Origin: Squalus acanthias
Taxonomy: Eukaryota
Direction of reading: 5' to 3'
Assembly (NCBI GenBank): GCA_030390025.1
Contig: CM059432.1
Location: 16,122,001-16,186,000, forward strand
DNA: 64,000 nt
Of the stretch, positions 49,082 through 60,906 are shown piece by piece. Below the pieces are notes generated by a model. It did not search any database. It was given only the letters and a program-made list of their open reading frames with translations, and was not told where the DNA came from. The position numbers were made by a program, and so were the translations under genes. The first letter of the stretch is position 1. Every line of letters starts with the position of its first letter.

Positions 49082-50271
49082 GGGCCAGAAATTCGGCTCT
49101 TGTCGGGTGAGTACGCGCTGTGTACTCACCCGTAAGGCCACCTGAAGTGCCGGTTTCCTGCATGCACTGCGCATGCGCGGGAAACCGGAACTTCCGTTCC
49201 CCTGAAGGGAGGGGTTCAGAAGTCGAACGCGTGCGCGGGGGAGGCTGCGCGCACGCAGCGAACTTCGGGGTTTTTTTCAGGTTTCTCCGGGAGGGTAAGT
49301 ATGGAGAAGCTGCACCTTTAAAAAGGAGGCGCAAGGCCTGTTTTTAACAAGGTACAGGAAACTTTCGTTTATCCGGCACCCAAATATCCGGAATTCTCAC
49401 TTAACCGGCAAAAATCATCCTCCGAAAACTCCTCTCAAATAACCGGCAATGTTGCCGAGTTGCAGTCGAGTCCCCGCGAACGCCGAGTGCTCCGAAAAAT
49501 CCTCTCAAATAACCGGCAATGTTGCCGATCCCGAGTCCGAGTCCGAGTCCGCGAACGCCGATTTAGTCAGTAGGGGTACTTTTCAAAAGTGCCACTACTC
49601 GGCCTCCTGGCGCTGTCGCAAGTCCGAAACATTGCAGTAGCAGGAGTAGATTCTCCCGCGCTGCTTGGAGTCTCTTTGTTAAAAATAGCCTCGGTAGATA
49701 TAACTCTCTGTTATCCGGTACTTTCGATAAACCGGCACCACGCCGGTCCCGTCGATGCCGGATAAACGAAAGTTTCCTGTAAGTGGTTAATTAATTACAA
49801 TTTAAACATTTTTTCAACAGGTTTATCTTTTTTACATACTTTAAAGAAAGGTAAGTTTATTTTTAGCACTGTTAAAAAGTATAATTAATTTTTTCAAAAA
49901 TTTAAATTTTTGTTTAAAGTAGTTAATTTATGTAACTCATAGTTATTTTAAAAATGTGATTTAAAAATTTTTTTATTTGAAGTTTAAGTGTGGTTTTGGG
50001 GCCGATCTCTATTCATAGATTTGACAGGTCTTCCTGTCAAATCTATGAATGAAAATGCCCTGCTCCGATTGGCTCTCCATGGCCCACGTGAAATCAGGGG
50101 ACGCTTCGAACTAACTGCACCCCTGGGATACGCAAGCACTGCGCGCCAGCAGCTGGAGGAGGCCCAGGAGTCGAAGTCCTCGTGGGCCCGAAGCACAACG
50201 GCAGGCGCGGTAGGTAAGTACGCGCGCGATGCTTGCACCCGCAGGAAGCCGGAGAGCCGAATTTCTGGCCC
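49082..50271. mobile_element. Non-autonomous PIF/Harbinger element
   Basis: Perfect 19-bp TIRs gggccagaaattcggctct / agagccgaatttctggccc; 3-bp TSD AAT. Confidence 0.92.
49355..49779. mobile_element. pogo/Tigger-like MITE nested in the Harbinger element
   Basis: Perfect 24-bp TIRs caggaaactttcgtttatccggca; TA on both sides; repeated ta(a/t)ccgg motifs. Confidence 0.92.
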
Positions 50272-50302
50272 AATATCTTGTCAGCCGTGGCTCAGTGGGT
50301 AG

Positions 50303-50462
50303 CAATGTTCCCTCTTATTTTTGGGTGTGTGGCCCCTTTAAGGAGCCACGCAGCCCATTCAAAATATCGTGCATGTGCGGTTTCTCGCATTGAATAGCCG
50401 GCGAGTCAGCTGCATAGGCGGTCCCGAGAGTTGTGTGGCCACGCGGCTTAAAGGGAACGTTG
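50303..50462. mobile_element. hAT-type MITE
   Basis: TIRs caatgttccct / agggaacgttg; 8-bp TSD gtgggtag/gttggtag. Confidence 0.85.
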
Positions 50463-50708
50463 GTTGGTAGCACTCTTGCCTCTGAGTCAGAAGGAGGTGA
50501 GTTCAATTCCCACTCCAGAGACGTGAGCACAAAATCTAGGCTGAAACCTCAGTGCAGTACATTGTTGGTAGGGGCCGTCTTTCGGATGAGATGTTAAACC
50601 GAGGCCCCGTCTGCCCTCTCAGGTGGAGGTAGAAGATCCCATGGCACTATTTCAAAGAAGAGCAGGGGAGTTCTTCCCCGGTGTCCTGGCTAGTATTTAT
50701 CCCTCGAC

Positions 50709-50854
50709 CAGAGTTCCCTGTAAGTTGCGCAGGCCGCGCAGTGCCCCAGGGAACCCGCGCGGCCAGCTTGCCGGCATTTCAATGTAAAAACCGCGGCTGC
50801 GCGGTAATTTGAAAGGCCCCGCGCAGGGCCCGAAAAAAATGACGAGGAATATAG
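50709..50854. mobile_element. hAT-type MITE
   Basis: Degenerate TIRs cagagttcc / ggaatatag; 8-bp TSD ccctcgac/ccctcaac. Confidence 0.75.
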
Positions 50855-50917
50855 CCCTCAACCAACATCACTAAAACAGATGATCTGGGTCTCTATCACA
50901 TTGCTGTTTGCTGTGCA

Positions 50918-51613
50918 CATAGAAGCATAGAAGATAGGAGCAGGAGTAGGCCATTCGGCCCCTTGAGCCTGCTCCGCCATTTAATGAGATCATGGCTGAT
51001 CATTCAAATTCAGTACCCTGTCCCTGCTTTCTCCCCATATCCCTTGATCCTTTAGCCTTAAGAAATATATCTATCTACTTCTTGAATATATTTAATGAAT
51101 TGGCCTCAACTGCCTTCTGTGGTAGAGAATTCCACAGGTTCACCACTCTCTGGGTGAAGAAATTCCTCCTCATCTCAGTCCTAAATGGCTTACCCCTTAT
51201 CCTTAGACTGTGACCTCTGGTTCTGGACTCCCCCGCCATCGGGAACATCCTTCCTGCATCTAGTCTGTCCAGTCCTGTTAGAATTTTATAAGTTTCAATG
51301 AGATCCCCTATCATTCTTCTAAACTCTGGCGAATATAAGCCTAATCGACCCAATCTCTCTTCATACGTCATTCCTGCCATCCCAGGTATCAGTCTGGTAA
51401 ATCTTCGCTGCACTCCCTCCATGGCAAGAACATCCTTCCTCAGATAAGGCGACCAAAACTGCACACAATACTCAAGGTGTGGTCTCACCAAGGCCCTTGT
51501 ACAACTGCAGCAAGACATCCTTGCTCCTGTACTCGAATCCTCTCGCTATGAAAGCCAACATACCATTTTGCCTTCTTAACCGCCTGCTGCACCTGCATGC
51601 TTACCTTCAGCGA
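50918..51613 (-). mobile_element. Young CR1 LINE 3' fragment
   Basis: Near-identical to 29934-30590 in reverse orientation. Confidence 0.95.
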
Positions 51614-52249
51614 AATTCAGTGGGAGGTTAGCAGCGGTGCTAACCGTTAGGGCCCCGTGGCGCTGCGCCGTCGGCGATGACGACATCGCTGTGCGTAGCG
51701 CCCCGCTCGCTCCCCGGCCACGATCTTCGGTAGCACCCCCTGACTTACCGCCGGACGCTATGTCTGACGGGGTCAGGGGGGGCCTACCTGCTGCCGGGGC
51801 GGCGCTATTTAAAGGTGAGGTGCCGGGCGGCCATTTTTGTTGCTGGCCGCCTGCCAGCACCTGCCTTCGCTCCTGTCCCCGGCCTCCACTCCCATACCCC
51901 CCCACGGAGTGACGGCTGTGCCCCATGAGCCCGGCACTTCTCTTGAGTGCCGGGCTCTTTTGCCAGCACTCCGATCCCCGGTGGCCCAGCTGGGCCCCGG
52001 GGTGCGCTGCGCAAGGCCCCTCCCTTTTAAGAAGGGGCGGAAGGCCTGTAATACCACGGCACGTAGCGCCGCGATATTCCCTTGCAGCGCCCCAAGGAGG
52101 AGGCGGGGCGCTTCCAGTAGCACCCCACTTCCCTCTTGGGGCACTACCACTCAATTTTGGTCGTGGGGGCGCTAATTTTTCTGGGGCGCTAAAAGTAGCG
52201 CCTCGGCGAAGTTAGCGCCCCAAAGGGGGCGCGACTCAATTTTTCGCCC
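51611..52249. mobile_element. Second copy of the 22195-22928 MITE, left end missing
   Basis: Colinear from cgaaattcag; right end actcaatttttcgccc. Confidence 0.85.
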
Positions 52250-52769
52250 TTAGTTTCTTCGGTTAGTTTGGATATTTCAGTGATTATTCACATCTATTCT
52301 GGTTGCGATGACTTGGCTCATTTGTGCTTTGAGGGCTGTATTGCCGGGGCTTGGAGAAACATGCTTGGACACCTATGCAGTAGAGCCGGCTGCACCTCTG
52401 CAGGACTTTGCACAAGCACGGCTGGATATGGGCACAAAGTGGAACCAAGGGAACTGGAATCAAATGAAGCATAAAGCCATGTCCTGATCTCACCACTTCC
52501 TGAGATGTCCATCTGCTGCATGTGATATCCTGCCCTGAAAAGGATATACAGTTGACCGGCAGCCATTGCCTCGCTATGTTGTGGTGAACCCTTTCTTGGT
52601 TGTTCTGCAAAGCAGCAGAGATATACATCAACAACAACTCCATTTATACCTTGCTGTGTAAGCCCTGCTCACATTGATACAAAAATGTAGCCTGTGTACC
52701 GTGACTTTCATACCAGTATGAGACAGGATTGTCATGTGATCTTTTTTTTTTAACTGTACAATCCAGATA

Positions 52770-52988
52770 TTTCAGACCAAAGTCTGTTTTTAAATCCACT
52801 TGAGAAGGCAGACAGGGCCTCAGTTAACATCTCATCTGAAAGGTGGCACCTCCGACAAAGCAACATTTCCTCCGTGGTGCATTGACGTGCCAGCCTAGAT
52901 TATGTGCTCAAGTCCCTGGATTGGAGCTTGAACCCATGACTTGCTGACTCAGAGGCAAGAGTGCTACCACTGAGCCAAGGCTGACACC
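52770..52988 (-). mobile_element. Deu-SINE 5' part
   Basis: Reverse complement of SINE head. Confidence 0.8.
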
Positions 52989-53505
52989 TAGCCTTGCTTG
53001 GGGTTTACTCATCTTAAACCTGTGTTCTTTAACTTTGCGCTCACAGTCGAAGTCAAATAGTCTACTTACATCTACCAATACCACCTCTTTTTTCTTTAAA
53101 GCTATTTCCTTCCTTCCATTTATTTGGGTCATAGAACATAGGGTCTCACCTCATCACAGGCCAGCAAAAGTGGCTGAAAGGCCTTCTTCATGTGAGCCTA
53201 TCTGGTAATTTTCCCTCTCTCCTTATGAGGAGCACGGCTTTCCTTCAGCTCTCTATCCCCCTCCACAACAGCACCGCTCAAATCAAGAGCGGTAACCCCC
53301 TTCCTCTATTTGTGGCACTGCACCTTAATCTGGCAATTTGTTGCACCACAGAATCACCATAAAGACATTTTTTAAAGAAAACAAAACATGAAGATGAAAT
53401 TATTCTGGCCATTGACAGACAATAGAAAGCTGGTCAGTTTATACGTGCATAGGTGTAATGTTTTCCTAACGTAGTCTGTCCAAGCAGATTTGAAAGAATT
53501 ACATT

Positions 53506-54032
53506 ATTCCCCACTCCACTCCCACTCTGATCTCTCTGTCCTCGGCCTCTTACACTGTTCCAACGAAGCTCAACGTAAGCTCGAGGAACAGCACCTCATC
53601 TTTCGATTAGGCACTTTACAGCCTTCTGGACTCAACATCGAGTTCAACAATTTCAGACTGTAACCTCGGCCCCTATGTTTTCTCTTTTCTGTCACATGGC
53701 AGCTGTTGGTGAATCTGCCATCGCCATTTACACCTCATCTCGAGTCATCTTTTGTTTCTTAACTTGTCCCATTACCATCTCCTTTTGCCTTGCAGCATCA
53801 TCCCTTTTGTCTTTTAATCTCTCCTGCCTTCCACCCTATCGCAGACCTTCCCTTTTGTTCTTTCCTCTCCTCCCCCCTTTTCCCTGGCCCCGACACTTGC
53901 TTAAAAATCTGTTACTTCTCCAACTTTTTCCAGTTCTGACGAAGGGTCATCGACCTGAAACGTTACCTCTGTTTCTCTCTCCACGGATGCTGCCTGATCT
54001 GCTGAGTGTTTCCAGCATTTTCTGTTGTTGTT
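53506..54032 (+). mobile_element. Penelope-like element 3' end: GIY-YIG endonuclease C-terminus, 3' region and hammerhead motif
   Basis: 53508-53663 encodes SPLHSHSDLSVLGLLHCSNEAQRKLEEQHLIFRLGTLQPSGLNIEFNNFRL*; CTGACGA-agggtc-atc-gacct-GAAA-cgtt at 53936-53964. Confidence 0.9.
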
Positions 54033-54069
54033 TTACATTTACTGAGTGTTCATATTCATAACTGGGCTC

Positions 54070-54283
54070 TGATTCACCAGAATGATACCGGGGCTAAAAG
54101 GGTTAAATTATGAGGACAGGTTGCATAAACTTGGCTTGTATTCCCTTGAGGCTAGAAGGTTGAGCGGCAATCTAATCCAATAGGGAAAATGGAATTGAGG
54201 TGCAGACCAACCATAATCTAACTGAATGGTGGAACAGGCTCGAAGGGCTGAATGGCCTACTTCTGTTCCTAATGTTGCTATGT
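54070..54283 (+). mobile_element. CR1 fragment with internal deletion
   Basis: ttcaccagaatgataccgggg...; gggctgaatggcctact tail. Confidence 0.75.
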
Positions 54284-54879
54284 TCCATCCCTTTTAAGGG
54301 CCTTTGTTACTATATTGAGGAATTTTCTGTAGAGGCTAATTTGCAGGAAGTGCCTACAACAGCCAACTCCAAAAGTTTCATTCAGTAGCCACCATGTTGA
54401 CTGTTACTTTAATTCGTGCTGTAGCAGACGCAATACTCAATTTAGTGTTTCAGTCTAATATGTTGCTTCCAGTTTACTGCTTATCTTTGTATTAAATGAC
54501 AAGCTCCCAAGTTTGTTTCTCTGAGCTGATCTCAGCTTGGGCGTTACACTTGACCTTAGTTTACCTAAGCTAGCGAGGGGAAAAATCAGCCGTGGTTCCC
54601 ATTGTTTGCTGCGCAGTGACCCCTGTTAGGAAGTGTGCAGATTTGGATATAGGGTGAGGACAGAATCAGACCCAGCTTTGTTATCTACACAGTGGAATAA
54701 CCTTCTGTCTAGACTCACATACAAAAAAAAAATGCCCACTTTCTTCAGGTACCCGATGCATGTAAAATCGGTGAAGCGCTTGGGTGGAGAACAGGAGATG
54801 GTTAAATGGAAGAAGTGATATGAGCAGCAGACAAAAGGAGGCATAATGCGAGAAATCAAAGCCATATATGGGACACAGA

Positions 54880-55893
54880 GGCCTCGATTTTAACTCCCCC
54901 CCCCGCCAGGCGGAAACCGGGCGGAGGCGCGGTTCAAATGAAAGTGGTCACTTCGCCCCTCTGATCCCGCTGCCTCCTGTCGTGACCCGATCTTAAACTG
55001 CTCTTTGGAGCAGGCGAGCCGGACGCTATGTCACAGGGACCCGATCTGCAAAAGTAGTCGAAGGCCTGAGCAGGGGGAGCTGGGGTGGCTTTCCCGTCAG
55101 GCCAGACCGGCCGGGAGGTGGATCACAGACCAGAAGAGGCCAAGGCAGATAAGATTAAAAAATTCAATTTTAGGTTTCCATGTGAACCAGAAGGATCAGG
55201 AGCATTGGGCCTCCATTGCCCCAGACTCCTACACCAAACCCCACCCCCCGCCCCCATCCAGAGCACCCCCCCCACCCCTTCATCTGACCGCTGGGAACGG
55301 CTCCCACGGGTCCCCGGCTGTGGCCTCCCAGCGCCGAATTCCCGCTCCCACCTGCAAGCCGGGTTCGGGCGGGACTCCGGGAACATCTCGGTAAATGAGG
55401 CCCAGCCGTTAAGATTGTCCTGATCTCCACGTCCCCGAGCTCGCCAGATTTGCTGTCCGCTTCGAGGATCACCCATCTTATTGAAACACATGAAATTCTT
55501 AGAGGGCCTGACAGGGTAGATGCTGAGAGGCTGTTTCCCCTGGCTGGAGAGTCTAGAACCAGGGGTCACAGTCTCAGGATAAGGGGTCGGCCATTTAGGA
55601 CTGAGATGAGGAGAAATTTCTTCACTCAGAGGGTTGTGATTCTTTGGAATTCTCTACCCCAGAGGGCTGTGGAGGCTCAGTCGATGAGTATATTTGAGGC
55701 GGAGATCGATAGATCTTTGGGTACTAAGGGAATCAAGGGACATGGGGATAGGGCAGGAGAGTGGAGTTGATGTAGAAGTTCATCCATGAATGGCGGAGCA
55801 GGCTCGAGGGGCCTACTCTAGCCTACTTGGGCCTATTCCTGCTCCTATTTCTTATGTTCTTACACCCACCCTCCCCACTTTAAAACCGGGGCT
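54880..55893. mobile_element. Harbinger-like MITE with nested CR1 fragment (55476-55862, plus)
   Basis: Imperfect TIRs ggcctcgattttaa / ttaaaaccggggc; CR1 LIETHEILRGPDRVDAERLFP with TSD-like cacccatc/cacccacc. Confidence 0.65.
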
Positions 55894-56761
55894 TCTAGGG
55901 GTGTGTGCGAATGGCTGATGAGGGCTAGCTAGAAAGGAAAGCACAAAAAACAGGTCATTCCTTTTTCTGTGTGTGGTTATTTTCCGCAAACCCCCTTTTC
56001 CTTGTTCTGCTCCATTTGAAATGCTGTTTGTCAGTAATATTTTCCAGTCCTGAGTAGGAGTCTAAGACCTGGAGCCTCGACTTCTGCTTCCCCACCGATA
56101 CATCCTGACCTGGTGAGTATTTCCAGCTTTTTCTGTTTGTGTTTTCATATTTCCAGCATCTGCAGTATTTTGCTGTTTGGTTATACAGTCACTGAGTCAC
56201 CAGACACATTATTACAAACTCCTTTGTGAGCAAGCGTTGGAAGGGATTACATGGCTTCTGTAGAATATAAGTCAGCTATATATTCCAGAGTGCACAAGTG
56301 GTGATGTCCAAGTAGCCCCGGATATTGGGCCTCGGATCTCATGCCCATAGAGTTGGCACTGCGGGAGGAGCCTAAAGCAGGTAAATGGTAGATGTTCGGG
56401 GCACTACTAGCGTGAAGGTAAGTGATGGCCTGGGGGGGGGTTTGGGGGTCACGGGTCTCGGGGGGGATGATAACGGGACTCGAAGCATAGCGATATTTAA
56501 CGGGAGGGGTATCGTCAGCCAGCAGCGGCCTAGAGGTCGGGTGGGGGTGGTGGGGTGTTGGGAAGGGAGGGAAGTCAAGGGTCTGGGCCTGGAGTTTGGG
56601 ATTCAGGGATGGGGAAGGAGGGAGGTCAGAGGTCAGGTCCGGAGAGGATGGAGGTCGGGGGTCGTGGAGCCTGCAGGTCGGGGTTCAGGATCTTGAGGCC
56701 TGGAAAGCCGGGAGAAGCGCCGACCGGGATAGTTTACAGCTAAGTGACTTAACTTTTGTTA

Positions 56762-57085
56762 GGGCAACACGGTGGCATAGTGGTTAGCACTGTTGCCTCA
56801 CAGCGCCAGGGACCCGGGTTCGGATCCGGCCCCGGGTGACTGTCTGTGTGGAGTCTGCACATTCTCCCCGTGTCTGCGTGGGTTTCCTCCGGGTGCTCCG
56901 GTTTCCTCCCGCAGTCCAAAGATGTGCGGGTTAGGTTGATTTGGCTATGATAAATTGACCCTTAGTGTTAGGGGGGATTAAATACGTGGGGTTACGGGGA
57001 TAGGGTGGGATATGTGTCGGTGCAGGCTCGATGGGCCGAAATGGCCTCTATCTGCACTGTGGGGATTCGGGGATTCTGTGATTCT
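56762..57085 (+). mobile_element. HE1 V-SINE, full length, nested in a GC-rich MITE-like sequence (about 56315-57215)
   Basis: tRNA head, V-domain, HER1-like tail gatgggccgaaatggcctctatctgcactgt. Confidence 0.92.
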
Positions 57086-57221
57086 GCAGGCGCTGGCTGC
57101 CTCAGGGCAAACCAATCTTGCCGCGGAGACCCAAAGCAAGTGTTAGACTCTTCGCATATGCAAATCAGGGGCCTAACGCCTGCTTCAAGCATGGGTAAAA
57201 GGACACCTCTCATTTGTCTTT

Positions 57222-57690
57222 AGAAAAGAAAGACCTGCATTTCTATAGCTCCTTTCACAACCTCAGGACGTCCCAAAGCGCTTTACAGCCAATGAAGTAC
57301 TTTCTGAAGTGGAGTCACTGTTGTAATGTAGGAAATGTGACAGCCAATTTGCTCACAGCAAGCTCCCACAAACAGCAATGTGATAATGGCCAGATAATCT
57401 GTTTTTATTGTGTTGATTGAGGGATAAATATTGGCCAGGACACCAGGGCTAACTCCCTGCTCCTCTTTGAAAATAGTGCCATGGGATCTTTTACGTCCAC
57501 CTGAGAGGGCAGACAGGGCCTCGGTTTAACATCTCATTGGAAAGAAAGCACCTTTGACAGTGCAGCACTACCTCAGCACTGCACTGGAGCGTCAGCCTAG
57601 ATTTTTGTGCTCAAGTCTCGGGAGTGGGACTTGAACCCACAACCTTCTGACCCAGAGGTGAGGGTGCTACCCACTGAGCCACGGCTGACA
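57222..57690 (-). mobile_element. Deu-SINE, full length
   Basis: Reverse complement of 2482-2945. Confidence 0.9.
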
Positions 57691-57759
57691 CCCAAGATGG
57701 CGGGCTGCGCACTTCTGGGTGGAAGTGCGCTCCCGCTTCCTGCCCGCCATTTTGGGGAC

Positions 57760-59145
57760 TTCTCTCTTAGGCAGTCCCTCGGAACTGAGGATGACTTGCT
57801 TCCACATTAAAAATGAGTTCTCAGGTGACTGATGAGTCCAATGCGGGACCAACAGTCTCTGTCACAGGTGGGGCAGACGGTGGTTGAAGGGGCGGGTGGG
57901 TGGGGTGCTTGGGTTGACGTGCGCTCCTTGCGCTGTTTGCGCTTGGCTTCCGTTTGCTCCCAGCGAAGAGACTCGAGGTGTTTGGCACCTTCCCGGATGC
58001 TTCTCCTCCACTTTGTGCGGTCTTGGGCCAGGGATTCCCAGGTGTCGGTGGGGATGTTGCACTTTTTCAAGGAGGCTTTGAGGGTGTCCTTGAAGCGTTT
58101 CCTCTGCCCACCTGGGGCTCTCTTGCCGTGTCGGAGCTCCGAGTAGAGCGCTTGTTTTGGGAGTCTCGTATCGGGCATGCAGACGATGTGACCCGTCCAT
58201 CGGAGCTGATCGATGTGGTCAAAGCTTCGATGCTGGGGATGTTGGTCTGAGCGAGAACACTGACGTTGGTGTGCCTATCCTGTCAATGGATTTGCAGGAT
58301 CTTGCGGAGGCGGCATTGGTGGTACCTCTCCAGTGCTTTGAGGTGCCTGCTGTACATGGTCCATGTCTCTGAGGCATACAGGAGGGCGGGTATTATTACT
58401 GCTCTGTAGACCATGAGCTTGGTGCCGGGTTTGAGGTCCTGGTCTTCAAACACTCTCTTCCTCAGGCGACCGAAGGCTGCACTGGCACACTGAAGGCGGT
58501 GTTGGACTTCATCATCGATGTCTGCCCTTGTTGACAGTAGGCTCCTGAGGTATGGAAAGTGGTCCAAGGCCTCGTCATGGATTTTGATAATCGGGGGGCA
58601 GTACTGTGTGGCGGGGGCAGGTTGGTAGAGGACCTTTGTCTTACGGATGTTTAGTGTAAGGCCCATGCTCTCGTACGCTTCGGTGAAGGTGTTGACTATG
58701 GTTTGGAGTTCGGCCTCAGAGTGTGTGCAGACGCAAGCATCGTCTGCATACTGTAATTCGACGACAGAGGATGGGACGACCTTGGATCTGGACTGGAGGC
58801 GACGGAAGTTGAACAGTTTCCCGTTTGTTCTGTAAATTAGCTCCACTCCAGCGGGGAGCTTACTGAGGGTGAGATGGCGCATTGCAGTAAGGAAGATCGA
58901 GAAGAGCGTTGGTGCGATGACACAACCTTGCTTGACCCCGGTCTGTACGTGAATTGGGTCTGTGGTGCAACCGTTGGTCAGGATCACGGCTTGCATGTTG
59001 TCGTGTAGCAGGCGGAGGATGGTGACAAACTTTTGAGGGCAGCCGAATTTGAGGAGGACACTCCATAATCCCTCATGGTTGACAATGTCGAAGGCCTTTG
59101 TGAGGTCAAAGAAGGCCATGTACAGCAGTTGGTGCTGTTCCCGCT
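57760..59145 (-). mobile_element. RTE-clade LINE, 5'-truncated (RT domain to 3' end)
   Basis: AFFDLTKAFD, GVKQGCVIAPTLFSIF, LQYADD, MPDTRLPKQALYSEL..GGQRKRFKD, C-terminal CPTCDRDCWSRIGLISHLRTH. Confidence 0.95.
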
Positions 59146-59689
59146 GAAAGGAGCACTTCAAAGATCTCCTTAACCGAGACTCTGTCTTCAACGCGAGTGT
59201 CCTCAACTCCATTGGGGACTTAGGAGTAATCAGGCGCTACATGACCCAATTCCTAGGCCAGTGGTTCGTTAAAGCACCATTTATTATTATTTTATTTGAC
59301 AATAGCGCGGAGCTGCGTTGAGATCATGGAATTATTCTGCAAAGCAACCAGGATACACTGGGACAAGGCAAGGGCGGAACAGGGTTAAATAACCCTGACT
59401 TCCTGAGAAATGTTGGCAAAGTGTCTTGTTTTTAGAAATAAGAGCCAGAAGAGTTGCATATCATCTTTATCACAGCATGCTCGAATGGCACAATGATGTA
59501 TGTCTCAGTGATTTATGTCATTGCATTGTACAAGTGGGAATGAATTCCTCTGATCCTTATACTTAACTTTGTAAAGGCATAAGATTTCCTACAGTTTTAG
59601 TAAAATTGCGAACAGATTCATTTTGAGCACAAATAGCAAATATTGGAAATCTACCTGTTTAAATCTATACGTTTATGAGCATCACCAAC

Positions 59690-59930
59690 AGGAAGAGATT
59701 AGGAGAATGTTTTTTTTATGCAGTGGGCATGGATGCACTACTCGAAAAAAGTGATGAAAGCAGAATTCATAACAACCTTTAAAAGAGAAGTGGATAAATG
59801 TTTGAAAAACAAAAAAAAATTTAACAGGATATAGAGAAGTAGCACAGATAGGGGACTAAACGAATAGCTCTTTCAGAGAGCCAGCACAGGTGTGATGGGC
59901 CGAATTGCCTCTTGCGCTGTGAAATTTCAT
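59690..59930 (+). mobile_element. Old CR1 3' tip
   Basis: tttaaaagagaagtggataa...gagagccagcacagg..gatgggccgaattgcct. Confidence 0.7.
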
Positions 59931-60906
59931 GGTGTTGCTTCATGTAGAAACCAGAGGAAATCATCCCCACGGAACAGTTTTGCCAATTTTTTTTCCATGA
60001 AGAAGGTGTGCCTTTAAATACAAAATTACAGACTGTTCTAGCTCAACAGGTACGAAGCCGCAATGTCTCGCAATTGGAAAGATGTTGGCTAGTGATTGGT
60101 GGTCAGGTATGCGGTTCTCAGTCTTTGAACTCATTCCCATCTCCGATCCGCATTGTTCTGATGTAATTACACAGCGTTTTTCTTCTTCCCATTTCTTCCT
60201 TAACTAATCCCACATGTGGTGAAAAATACACTAATTTGCAAACGCTCGCGTTTGTTTTTTTTTTTCTACGGTTAAACGTTAACTTGCAAGTAAGGTCAAC
60301 CAGTTTTTCTACATTCCTGTGGCACACACTACTAGCCTGACATGGCTCGATATAAAATCTTGGAAGAAGCCATTCCCAAACTATGCATATTCAAGTCATT
60401 TGTTTAGTGTGCTTTACGGCCCTGGCAGTGACAGCTTGAAACAACTAGGGCCGACAGATCATTAAAAAGCTCTCCAATTTCTTGAATCAAGACAATAATA
60501 TTTTTAATTTGCCATTTTGGGGGCAAGTTGAGCAAAAGGAAACTTGACCTCGCATTCCAGCACTTTCTGGAAAATGTTCACACGTTCTCTTTTCGGTGTA
60601 GTAGTCGTTAGAGTGGGGAAGCGTGTTTCTGAGGGGTTGTGTTCCAATTGTATCAATTGCCTAGAAATGATCGCTGCCGTTAATAATGGACAAATGCTGA
60701 ATGCGTTCCGTCCACAATTTTAACAGAGGCATTTACCAGCAACAGCATTTTCCAAGTGTCTTCTTGCCTCAATGGACAGAAATGTGTTATCAAAAGGATG
60801 GAAGCAAAAAAGATGACAGAAGCTGTAAAACCAGCTACAGTTAAATAACCCGATGACCCTGGGTGAGCTACTGGAGGCCTTGCAGCACTCACAGCGTTCC
60901 AGCATT

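Larger units (their letters stand above)
50279..50918 (+). mobile_element. Deu-SINE carrying two hAT MITEs, truncated by CR1
   Basis: SINE is colinear after removing 50303-50462 and 50709-50854. Confidence 0.88.
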
